Source: a virus
Lineage: Duplodnaviria > Caudoviricetes
Strand: one strand, 5' to 3'
Virus record (IMG/VR): IMGVR_UViG_3300037067_026010
Span: 32,001 to 96,000 of that record
DNA: 64,000 nucleotides
Positions within the stretch are counted from its first letter, which is position 1. Each line of letters starts with the position of its first letter. The notes under the pieces were generated by a model. The model made no database searches. It was not told where the DNA came from and saw only the letters and a program-made list of their open reading frames with translations. A program made the translations under genes and the position numbers. Shown here in pieces: positions 45,024-52,979 of the stretch.

Positions 45024-48000
45024 CTAGGGCGTCCAGTCCTCGTGCGGCGCCAGCAATACCGGCGCGCGATGCGCACCTGAAGCAAACTGGCCTTGCGAGC
45101 GAATTTTCGCAACGCGGCCGCGATAGATATCCGGCTCTCGCCATAGCTCGCGCCGCAGCTCGTCCGAGATTCCCGTACCGACTCTGCCGACGGTTTTACC
45201 GCCAGGCGTCAGCGCGTACTCGAAACCGCCGGCGCCGATGCCGCGGTACTTGCCGCGTCCGGGATAAACGCCGGTAATGTGCACATCAGATTCTTCAAGC
45301 AGCTTGCCTTTCTGCGGCACGCCTGTTGCCGGATGCAATACGATGCCCTCTCGCGTCAACGGGTGCTTGCTGCTGCGAATGCGATCCCACAGCTGTTGTG
45401 CAGATTCGGGCGTTTCCGCAGCCTCCGAAAGATGGAAGTAGTCCGCAGGCAAATGCGGCAGTACTTGCTCTAGGAGTTTGCGGCGCTCGGCGCGCGGTAG
45501 ATCCTGCACGGGTTGTTTGCCCAACTGTGGAATGTCGTACAGCATATTGCGCAACTGGATATTCCCGGCGCGCTGCTTTTCCAAGGCATTAGCGACGGTA
45601 GCATTGAGAATACCGCCCAATTCGTGCGCCGGCAGCACTTCGGGTTTCTTGCCTTCAGGATTTCGAAGTCCGTAAAGCTCGCCTTTCAATACCGTGCCTC
45701 GTAAGGCTTTCGGGATCGGCGTGGACGGCCTGCCACCAAACATTCGCTCGGAATATACGATAGGCTGGCCATTGTTTTTTGCCGTACGATACGAGGTCAC
45801 TTCGATACCGTCCTTGAGCAATTGCACGAGGCTGCTGGCACCGTCTACTTTGGCTTCGGCGGTCGACCCCGGCTGCATTTTGGCGAGAACGTTCTCGATC
45901 TGCTGCGCGGGTATTTTTTTGAAGTGGACTTTTTCGTGCTGTGCTCCCACCGGCACCGTCGGCGTCGTATTGACGAGTAGCCAGTTCTTCGATTTCGGAT
46001 CGCGCGGTTTGAGCAGTACGAACCGCTCCGGAAAGCGCGCGCTTGCTTGAGTAAAATGCACGGCGTCCGGTGTGACCTTCGTAATCAGCACTTGCCCCTC
46101 TTCCGCCTTCGAGACCGTGCCTTCTCCATAACCTTTTTCTATCCGGCCCTCGAAATCTTTGTAGCTATAGTCGTGCAGCGGTTGATGTACCGCGAGCCGT
46201 TTCTCGCCCGGTTTGGGCATCTCCTTGCGCATGGCCCAACTGTGTAGGCCGGAGGGGTCGCCGATTCGCAGATCAAAGTGCCGTTTTGCCCGTGCCGCAT
46301 CGTGCAATTGCCGCAGCAACGTGTAAACGTTTCCGGCCCGTAAATCCGTCAGTGGCTCTCCGTAATTCGACCGATCCGGTAAACCTGGAATTGGCGCTGC
46401 AGTCTTTGCCAGCGCGGGGGAGGGCGTTTGCACGAGTTCCAACATGCGCCGTAACAATTGCTGTCTGTCCTCGCCCTGAATATTTTTCAATGCCGCTGCG
46501 TCCCGATTTTCCGGAGTGACTTTTGCCGGATCAATCTTGCCATCGGCTGGTGCGGCAATCTGAGTCTTTTGAAGCCATGCATTCCAGGCCTTGTCCGCAG
46601 CTTCAGGCGTATCCACCTGTTGGCCGGTGGCTTTCACGTACTGCCGTTTGGCCTCGGCAAGGCGCGGATCGAGCTCATTTGGCGTGCCTGCGTAGGCATA
46701 TCGGCTTTCAGCCGTAGGCGCCAGCCACAGCCCTCGAGCGTTGTTGGCAGCGAAAGGCAGTCCTTCCGGTTTGGCCCGCTCCACCGGTATAAGCGGCGTA
46801 GTCGCTTCCTCGTCCGATTGCCGCAAGTAGTTTGGTCCCAAGGCCGCATGCGTTAATTCGTGCTCCAAGAGCGCTTGAGGTGCGCCAGGCGCCAGACTGA
46901 CTGTGCCCGTGCGGTGGTCCATCATACCCTGTCTACCGACCAGTGGCGTGTCCTTGGTGCCGGCGATTTCCTTATCCAGCGCCGACGGACGCCACCGACT
47001 AAAGCGTGGGTTATGTCCTGGTACTGCCAATTGTGCCTGTGCTTTCTGCACGGCCGCGTCGAGGCCACCCGGAGCTTTCGCATAATAGGGTGCAATTTGC
47101 TGTCGCAGCGTTGTCGTAAAATCCTTCGGCGCCGGCGTCACCGTTGCTCCGGCCGGGGGTACAACGGCCGGCTTGGCACCGGCGCCTGTCGGCCCCTTCA
47201 CCGGGGCCGCGGTACTGCTGGGAGTACCATTGCCAGAGGCAGGCGCAGCGCTGGCCCCTTCCGTTGCCGGAGCTTTTGGCGTAGTTGCCTCGGCAGCGGT
47301 TTTGGCCGACGGTTCGGCATTGCCGGTAGGCCACCACGCTTCAATGGCCAAATGCTGGTATGTCTGCCCGTCATATTCGCGATTACGCCAGCGCTTTTCG
47401 AACTCCGCAACCGACAGATAGCCATATTGCTTGCGGTCCCCGGCCATGGCGGGATCGGCAAAGTAAACGCTCTCGTCATCCATGCCGATGACGACGCTGT
47501 AGTGGCCGCTCTGCAGCTGCTTATAGTCCGCAGGGTCTCCCCAGGCTTGCAGCGAGACGATGACCGGATGCCGCTTATCGAGAATAGCACGCAACCCGGC
47601 GAGATCCAGGTTCTCGTGAAAGAGCACCTCCAACCCGAGCTTCCGTGCCGTTTGCACAAGATCCTCCGGATCCGTGCCCTTCTGCTTGCCGCTTTCCGAA
47701 CGTTCCGCCAATTGCGCTTCGGTGACGCTCAGCCCGTTGCCTTCCGCCACTTCGCGTAATGCACCGGGACCGCAGGTGCAATCGGTCTGCTGCCGAAGAT
47801 GCGGTACAGGCGCTTGGACGTTTGCGTCTCGCATGCCGATCGGTTCTTCGGCATCCTCGGGGCCGCGCGCCGACGGGCCGTTGCCGTCAGCTGCTGCGGG
47901 TCCGCCGTGGCTACCGGGCATCAGATTCTGATCTAAGGGCACTTGATCGGCCTGTCGGGTAACGCGGGTGCTGGTCATTCGCGGATCGTCCGTGCACATC

Positions 48001-48398
48001 TTGCTATCCAGGGCCGCCGCCTTCGTAACCTTCCCATCCTTGGTCCAATCGCCGAACTCGGCGAGCGTCATTGCCGTTACGCTGCCGAGACCCTTCCAGC
48101 CCTTCGAGTAGTTCGCCAGATAGACCTGCCGTGCTTCGTCCTCCGACAGACATCGATAATGCATTTGTGCTCGTCGAACTTGCCGGTGGCCGGAGCGTTC
48201 TGGTTGACGACATGCACCAGCTCGCTTTCCAGATGCGGACCTATGAAAACATCTAAATGGTCTTTGTCGCGGCCGAGGATGCCCTTGAAATAACCATAAT
48301 CGTTGGCCATGGTTATAGACCAGGTTTTGCCGTTCCTGTCCGTGCCGGAGCGTTCGCTGCCCTTGGGATTTTCGATGGCTATGCCAAAACCGGCCCAA
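45024..48398 (-). CDS. Polyvalent protein, main part: end of iPPase-like domain, C39 peptidase, HExxH metallopeptidase, LigD phosphoesterase, ATP-dependent DNA ligase
   Basis: QQTDCTCGPGAL...GHYSVVIG...FADP (C39); EHELTH; HFDLRI...LHSWAMRK...RLAVHQPLHDYSYKDFEG (LigD PE); EAKVDG, LKGEL, LYDI, EGIVL and VGTGISDELR (ligase). The true N-terminus is in another frame upstream of about 48154. Confidence 0.85.
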   Translation of the reverse strand: MGRFWHSHRKSQGQRTLRHGQERQNLVYNHGQRLWLFQGHPRPRQRPFRCFHRSASGKRAGACRQPERSGHRQVRRAQMHYRCLSEDEARQVYLANYSKGWKGLGSVTAMTLAEFGDWTKDGKVTKAAALDSKMCTDDPRMTSTRVTRQADQVPLDQNLMPGSHGGPAAADGNGPSARGPEDAEEPIGMRDANVQAPVPHLRQQTDCTCGPGALREVAEGNGLSVTEAQLAERSESGKQKGTDPEDLVQTARKLGLEVLFHENLDLAGLRAILDKRHPVIVSLQAWGDPADYKQLQSGHYSVVIGMDDESVYFADPAMAGDRKQYGYLSVAEFEKRWRNREYDGQTYQHLAIEAWWPTGNAEPSAKTAAEATTPKAPATEGASAAPASGNGTPSSTAAPVKGPTGAGAKPAVVPPAGATVTPAPKDFTTTLRQQIAPYYAKAPGGLDAAVQKAQAQLAVPGHNPRFSRWRPSALDKEIAGTKDTPLVGRQGMMDHRTGTVSLAPGAPQALLEHELTHAALGPNYLRQSDEEATTPLIPVERAKPEGLPFAANNARGLWLAPTAESRYAYAGTPNELDPRLAEAKRQYVKATGQQVDTPEAADKAWNAWLQKTQIAAPADGKIDPAKVTPENRDAAALKNIQGEDRQQLLRRMLELVQTPSPALAKTAAPIPGLPDRSNYGEPLTDLRAGNVYTLLRQLHDAARAKRHFDLRIGDPSGLHSWAMRKEMPKPGEKRLAVHQPLHDYSYKDFEGRIEKGYGEGTVSKAEEGQVLITKVTPDAVHFTQASARFPERFVLLKPRDPKSKNWLLVNTTPTVPVGAQHEKVHFKKIPAQQIENVLAKMQPGSTAEAKVDGASSLVQLLKDGIEVTSYRTAKNNGQPIVYSERMFGGRPSTPIPKALRGTVLKGELYGLRNPEGKKPEVLPAHELGGILNATVANALEKQRAGNIQLRNMLYDIPQLGKQPVQDLPRAERRKLLEQVLPHLPADYFHLSEAAETPESAQQLWDRIRSSKHPLTREGIVLHPATGVPQKGKLLEESDVHITGVYPGRGKYRGIGAGGFEYALTPGGKTVGRVGTGISDELRRELWREPDIYRGRVAKIRSQGQFASGAHRAPVLLAPHEDWTP

Positions 48399-48520
48399 GA
48401 AACGTGCCCCTTCGCATAATTACCGGCTTCGATCTGCCCCGGCGTGGGCTCGGTATTTACGGCGGCGCGGGCTTGCCGGAGTTCTTTTTCGTCCAACGCT
48501 CTCTTTTCGCGCACCAGCAT
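48077..48520 (-). pseudogene. N-terminal part of the polyvalent protein (inorganic-pyrophosphatase-like domain), frameshifted at about 48154
   Basis: PTPGQIEAGNYAKGH...IENPKGSERSG...YGY...DKDHLDVFIG...FDEHK; the domain continues in the other frame (SEDEARQVYLANYSKGWKG). Confidence 0.75.
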
Positions 48521-48537
48521 CCCAAGATTGCGCGCGT

Positions 48538-49038
48538 TTAATCCACGGACAGCCAACGCCCCTGAAAGTAGATCGGCTCCCCAAGCTGCGCGATCAACTG
48601 CAGCTCGTTTTGCAGCCAATCCACATGCGCCTCCGTCTCGTCGAGAATTTTCTGCAATACGGCGTAAGTCCCAAAATCCTTGGCTGCCAAGGCTGTCTGC
48701 GTCCAACCCGTATACTGGTTCGCCACCTCCACTTCGCCGTCCAAGTCCTCGGAGAATTGCGTCTTTAAGTTGCCCTCGACCGCCTCGATCACTGACGGAG
48801 CCGTCTTTGGCGCGCCGTCCAGGAAGATCATCCGATCGGCCACCAGCTGCGCATGCCCCCTCTCCTCCGTAGCTTCCTTCTCGTACATCTGCGCCAGTTT
48901 TTTGACACCATTTCCCTGCCAATACACTGCCCGTGCCCAGTAATGATTGGACACCGTCATTTCGGTGTTCAGCGCCTGTTGTAGCACTGTTAATAGTTCG
49001 CCGTTCTGCTGTATCGTCGTTTGCTGCTTCTCGGCCAT
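48538..49038 (-). CDS. bfr: Bacterioferritin
   Basis: LQQALNTE...NHY...EERGHA...RMIFLDGAP...DLDGE...AKDFGT...HVDWLQNELQLIAQLG aligns by eye with Bfr. Confidence 0.88.
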   Translation of the reverse strand: MAEKQQTTIQQNGELLTVLQQALNTEMTVSNHYWARAVYWQGNGVKKLAQMYEKEATEERGHAQLVADRMIFLDGAPKTAPSVIEAVEGNLKTQFSEDLDGEVEVANQYTGWTQTALAAKDFGTYAVLQKILDETEAHVDWLQNELQLIAQLGEPIYFQGRWLSVD

Positions 49039-49159
49039 TCTGTATCCCTCCTGCAGCCTGCTTGTGCGAGTTCACGGTACAAAGAACTTCAGCGCCGCCG
49101 CCCTTCTCTGTCGGCCGCGGGGAAATTGCGGCGGCTTGGCCAAAGTCCTGATGCATGGA

Positions 49160-49774
49160 TTACTTCTGCTGTGTCGTTACGGGCGGCGGATTTTGCATAT
49201 GTGCGGGAACATTTGCCGGTGCGTGCTGAAAGAACTGAAAGCACCCGAAAATAAACGCCACGCCAGCCCATTGCAACAATGTCGGCACCGCTGCAATCAG
49301 CGTGCGCCGGAAAGTTTCCCGCTTATCCGCATTTGCCGCCTCCGTTGTGGTTTTCAATGTATCCACGTCCTGAATCAGATTACGGATGCGGGCAGGGTCG
49401 ATTTGCGCATGATGCGCGGCCATCGACTCCTCGACAAGCGACATGCGCATGACCAGTGACCGCCCGGTTTCACCGCCCTCCAATAGTCGACATACTTTGG
49501 TCAAACCGTCGTTCAGCATGTCCAATTTGCTGGTCAACACGCGATAGTCCGCCTCGCGGGAGGTAAGGGCGGTCTGTAACGCATTGATCTCCACGTGCAT
49601 GTTGCGGCGGCACTCCTGGCACGACTTGTCGAACTGCTGCTGCAGTCGTGACGTACTGGTGGCCAGTTGGGCGTCCACGTAGGCACGAAACTCCGAATCG
49701 CCGGCCATAGTGCTCTCCACTAGTTTTTTCGTAAGGGTAGTTGGCATGACTCCGCACTGATTACACTTATGCAA
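49160..49774 (-). CDS. Coiled-coil protein with C-terminal TM segment
   Basis: 204 aa; LIAAVPTLLQWAGVAFIFG. Confidence 0.65.
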   Translation of the reverse strand: MHKCNQCGVMPTTLTKKLVESTMAGDSEFRAYVDAQLATSTSRLQQQFDKSCQECRRNMHVEINALQTALTSREADYRVLTSKLDMLNDGLTKVCRLLEGGETGRSLVMRMSLVEESMAAHHAQIDPARIRNLIQDVDTLKTTTEAANADKRETFRRTLIAAVPTLLQWAGVAFIFGCFQFFQHAPANVPAHMQNPPPVTTQQK

Positions 49775-49988
49775 GCCCCCGGGAATCCCCTACTCCCGGA
49801 TCCGGTTCGAACACGATAAGGTGTTCGAACGACTGCGGCGCCATCTGGAGCACAGGCGCCACTCCTCCTTCCTGCCTCACGACTTTTATCACAGGCAGTT
49901 GCCGATAGCAAAATGCCCGCATCCTGCGGAAATTTCGCTCACTAACCGGCCGGTGCTGCGGCCAACTTGCATTCCCCCTCTGTAGCAT
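49767..49988 (-). CDS. Hypothetical protein
   Basis: 73 aa, packed between its neighbours. Confidence 0.4.
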   Translation of the reverse strand: MLQRGNASWPQHRPVSERNFRRMRAFCYRQLPVIKVVRQEGGVAPVLQMAPQSFEHLIVFEPDPGVGDSRGLA

Positions 49989-49991
49989 ATT

Positions 49992-50228
49992 TTACGCTGG
50001 CAAACCAGCGGAACTTTTATAAGGGTGGTCCCGACGCTGTAACGCGGTAATTAAGCACCGCGCAGCCTCGCAGGCCTCGGCGCAGTGTTGTTGCAACTGC
50101 AGCCCTTCGTAAATGTGGTAGCCGTCGCTACGAGCGTAAGCCGTCGTATTGCCGATGACTTGCGTCACGCCGTGGCTTAGCAAGCAGGTAAACGCCTCCA
50201 GGAGGTCATCCGCACATTCCGCTGCCAT
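49992..50228 (-). CDS. Hypothetical protein
   Basis: 78 aa with AGGAG RBS. Confidence 0.55.
   Translation of the reverse strand: MAAECADDLLEAFTCLLSHGVTQVIGNTTAYARSDGYHIYEGLQLQQHCAEACEAARCLITALQRRDHPYKSSAGLPA
50045..50060 (+). repeat. 16-bp quasi-palindrome CGGTAATTAAGCACCG, copy 4
   Basis: Exact match with arms extended to CGCGGT/ACCGCG; inside the 3' end of 49992..50228. Confidence 0.9.
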
Positions 50229-50244
50229 GTCGGACTCCTGTATA

Positions 50245-50512
50245 AAAGCGCGGGCTGGATGCCCACAACGGGGCCGCTCGCACCCCGTTTATGCTCGATC
50301 GTTAGGCCGGAGCAACCTCCCGTCAGGTATAAGGGCCGGCTATGGGCATCCGGGATCGCAGGCGTATCGGGTTGACCTGGCCGGCAGGAAAGTAAATCCG
50401 GCCGGGGCGATCCTACGCACGCCATCCGCTTATGAGCCAGTTGGCACGCGTCCCTGAGCCGCTGGCCCTACCGGCGGACGGGTGCGATTCGTCCATTCCG
50501 GCGCCACCTCGG
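50245..50512 (-). ncRNA. Candidate structured non-coding RNA
   Basis: About 270-nt gap with nested stems: 50257-65/50343-51, 50267-73/50283-89, 50353-59/50407-13 and 50376-84/50398-406. Family not recognised; strand assumed from the operon. Confidence 0.4.
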
Positions 50513-50516
50513 CTGC

Positions 50517-52634
50517 TCACCCGCTAACATGCATCGCTAAATCTTTCAACCGCGTCGCTTCCTCCAGCGACATGCCTCCGTTCGAGGCAATACGCTCTGG
50601 TGTTGCTGCGCTGCTTTGCAGCAAGGCTAAGTTGTCCGGCGGCAATCCGCGTACTAATGGCATCAGTTGCGCGTCCGGCAGTTGCAGCAGCTGCGCCCGT
50701 GCCTGCGGGTTGTTCAGCACTTGATCCATTTTATCCGCATCCACACGGCCGTCGGGGCCAATTAACTGCGTAACGTCGAATGCTTGCCCAGGCGCAGCGG
50801 CAGGGCTGGTCGATGTCCCAGCTTGTGCAGTCGGTGCTTTGGGCGCAGCTTGCCCGCCAAAGAGTTGCCGGGCTTGGGCATAAAGCCCCTGTGCGCCCTG
50901 TTGTGCGCCCTGGCCAAAAACTCCGCCAAGTGCACCGCCGGCTCCGGCCACGCCCAAGCCGAGGAGCGTCATCAGTACGCTACCTATGCCGCCTTCTCCG
51001 CCTAATAACGAGATGAGTCCGACGAGGCCCAACGGCAGACCGATGCCGAGCATCCATTTGGATTCTGTCGGCAGCTGCCCCCACATCTCCATAAACCCCT
51101 GTGGGTCTTGCTTTGCCATATCCGGATTGGCCTTGGCCAGGTTCTCCTGGCTCGGTTGCACCAAATCCCCGGGCAGCTTGCCCTGTTCCAACATGGCGCG
51201 ATCGATACCGTAGCGTTTGGCGATTATCGCCCGCTGATCTTGCGGAATTTGTATATTCTTGGCCAGTTCCATGGCTGTCGCCGAATCCCCTTTGCTCAAG
51301 GCATCGTGCGCTTGCCGCAATAACGCCTGCTGATCCGGCGCTATTTGTGCATCGGCAGTTTGCTCCGCGGTTTCTTCGCCTCGAATGCGCTGGTAATTCG
51401 TGTGTTCCTCGGGCGTCATGGACACGGATTGCGGCGCTGGCGACGGTTGTTGCTTTTGCTTCGAGAAATTCATCGCCTGCTGCAGCGAATCTTCATCATC
51501 TTCACGCCACAGGGTGTTCTTTGCGTTCTCGCGACGGAGATCGAGTATCTCCTTATTTCGCTCGGCGATACGCTGCTGTGCGTCGGGCGCAACCGGCACT
51601 GTAATATTGGCCGGCGGCTTCGGTGCGGGTGCCGGGGCCGGCGTTGGCACTGGTGCTGGTGCTGGTGCTGGTACCGGCGGGGTGGCAGACGGTGGTTTCA
51701 CTGCCGGTGTCGTCGCGCCGACAGCAGGAGACACCGGAGGATGCACCATATTCGGCAGATCGGGCAAGGCTGCTCCGGTAGCTGCGGCCGGATCGGGCTG
51801 CAAAAACCCTGCTGCGGTCTTTTCGGTCCGTCGGCGGCGCGATTTCATCTGGTTGTATAGCCCGTAGAGACCAGCAGCACCTAAACCAGCACCTGCGTAC
51901 GCCGGCCAGTATTTCGAAAGATGCTCCGTTACACCCCCCGCAGGTGCCGGTGCTGAAACTTCTCCGGCTCGTTGGGAATCCGCTGCAGACGTTTGCGGAG
52001 CGGCTGCTGGAGGATTATCACCGCCCATCAGCGAAGCCGCACCCAGGCCCCCTGCCGTCATGGCAGCCCCGCTCATTAAATGCCCTGGCAGTGCCCTGGT
52101 AAAGGCAGGGGCCGCTGCTAATGCGGCAGGTACCGCTGCGGGGACCGCTGCGGCCGCCCCGGCTAACAGCCCGGTAGCGCCACTTACGCGTCCGGCGGTA
52201 CGTAATGCCGCTTCGCCGCGCGAATCAACATCGGGGATGTTCGGATTTGGCGAGCGCCAGGGATTGTACCACTTGTTTAGATAATAGCCCCAGCTCGGGT
52301 CGACGTCGTCGAGGCTGCATTTGACGAGCTCCGCCCTGAAATCCGGCATCGCTGCAGCCGCTTTCTGAAGGCCGCAGCCGATTTCCTGTTCGCTGCAGCC
52401 GGTTTCGCCGCATGCCTGCAAGAACCCGGCAAACAACGGATACCGGGAGCGAAAACGTCTTAATGCAGCCTGTTTGGCTTGCTGCTTGAACTTATCTCCG
52501 CTCCGATCGCGGCCGGAAACGCTTTCCCACGCCTGTTCGCCGCTTAATGCCGGCAGACTCGGTACCTTGTAACCGGCGGGTCTTTCACCGAAGGCAAACG
52601 GTCGCGTCGCCATAGTGCCCAAACTGCTCGGCAT
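50517..52634 (-). CDS. Large glycine-zipper/Pro-rich virion internal protein with KxA sites
   Basis: AKQAA, QKAA, VKCS and EKTAA; several Gly-rich TM-like segments; ATG 52634 has a GGAGG RBS. Confidence 0.7.
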   Translation of the reverse strand: MPSSLGTMATRPFAFGERPAGYKVPSLPALSGEQAWESVSGRDRSGDKFKQQAKQAALRRFRSRYPLFAGFLQACGETGCSEQEIGCGLQKAAAAMPDFRAELVKCSLDDVDPSWGYYLNKWYNPWRSPNPNIPDVDSRGEAALRTAGRVSGATGLLAGAAAAVPAAVPAALAAAPAFTRALPGHLMSGAAMTAGGLGAASLMGGDNPPAAAPQTSAADSQRAGEVSAPAPAGGVTEHLSKYWPAYAGAGLGAAGLYGLYNQMKSRRRRTEKTAAGFLQPDPAAATGAALPDLPNMVHPPVSPAVGATTPAVKPPSATPPVPAPAPAPVPTPAPAPAPKPPANITVPVAPDAQQRIAERNKEILDLRRENAKNTLWREDDEDSLQQAMNFSKQKQQPSPAPQSVSMTPEEHTNYQRIRGEETAEQTADAQIAPDQQALLRQAHDALSKGDSATAMELAKNIQIPQDQRAIIAKRYGIDRAMLEQGKLPGDLVQPSQENLAKANPDMAKQDPQGFMEMWGQLPTESKWMLGIGLPLGLVGLISLLGGEGGIGSVLMTLLGLGVAGAGGALGGVFGQGAQQGAQGLYAQARQLFGGQAAPKAPTAQAGTSTSPAAAPGQAFDVTQLIGPDGRVDADKMDQVLNNPQARAQLLQLPDAQLMPLVRGLPPDNLALLQSSAATPERIASNGGMSLEEATRLKDLAMHVSG

Positions 52635-52673
52635 GATCCCCTCCATGGTGCATGTTGCCAGTAATCTTGCACA

Positions 52674-52883
52674 CTACGGTAACGGCCGCACGCGTATTGC
52701 GCGTGGCCCTCGATCGCTCTGCTCCGTTTCGAAGGAAACGCGTTGCTCTGCGCGCAAATCGTCGAAGTTGCAATCCGGTGCCATGCCGGTTACGTGGAAA
52801 AACAGGTCGGGGCCGCCGGTACTCTGCTTGACAAAACCGAACCCGCGCTCGGTAACCAGTCGCTTAATTGTGCCTTGTGGCAT
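52674..52883 (-). CDS. Cold-shock domain protein (Csp family)
   Basis: GTIKRLVTERGFGFV (RNP1), DLFFH (RNP2) and RGPRAIRV. Confidence 0.93.
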   Translation of the reverse strand: MPQGTIKRLVTERGFGFVKQSTGGPDLFFHVTGMAPDCNFDDLRAEQRVSFETEQSDRGPRAIRVRPLP

Positions 52884-52979
52884 GTCTCGTCCCTCAAATA
52901 GCTAAAAAAATATACCTACAACGGATAAGATCAGTGTAATCGCGCACCACCTGCCTGTCCACGGCAGATTCCCCAGCCA

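Noticed and set aside
48521-49156. N-terminal part of the 359-aa ORF 48077..49156
   Set aside because: It overlaps bacterioferritin; only the part from ATG 48520 is protein-like.
6535-50060. The 16-bp motif as a CRISPR repeat, dif site or transposon end
   Set aside because: Copies are kilobases apart with no spacer array, there is no XerD arm, and no transposase or target duplication is seen.
50450-50510. tRNA-like 3' end on the plus strand (GGTGCGATTCGTCC...CGCCA)
   Set aside because: I could not build a cloverleaf with matching acceptor, D and anticodon arms; kept only as part of the unassigned structured region.
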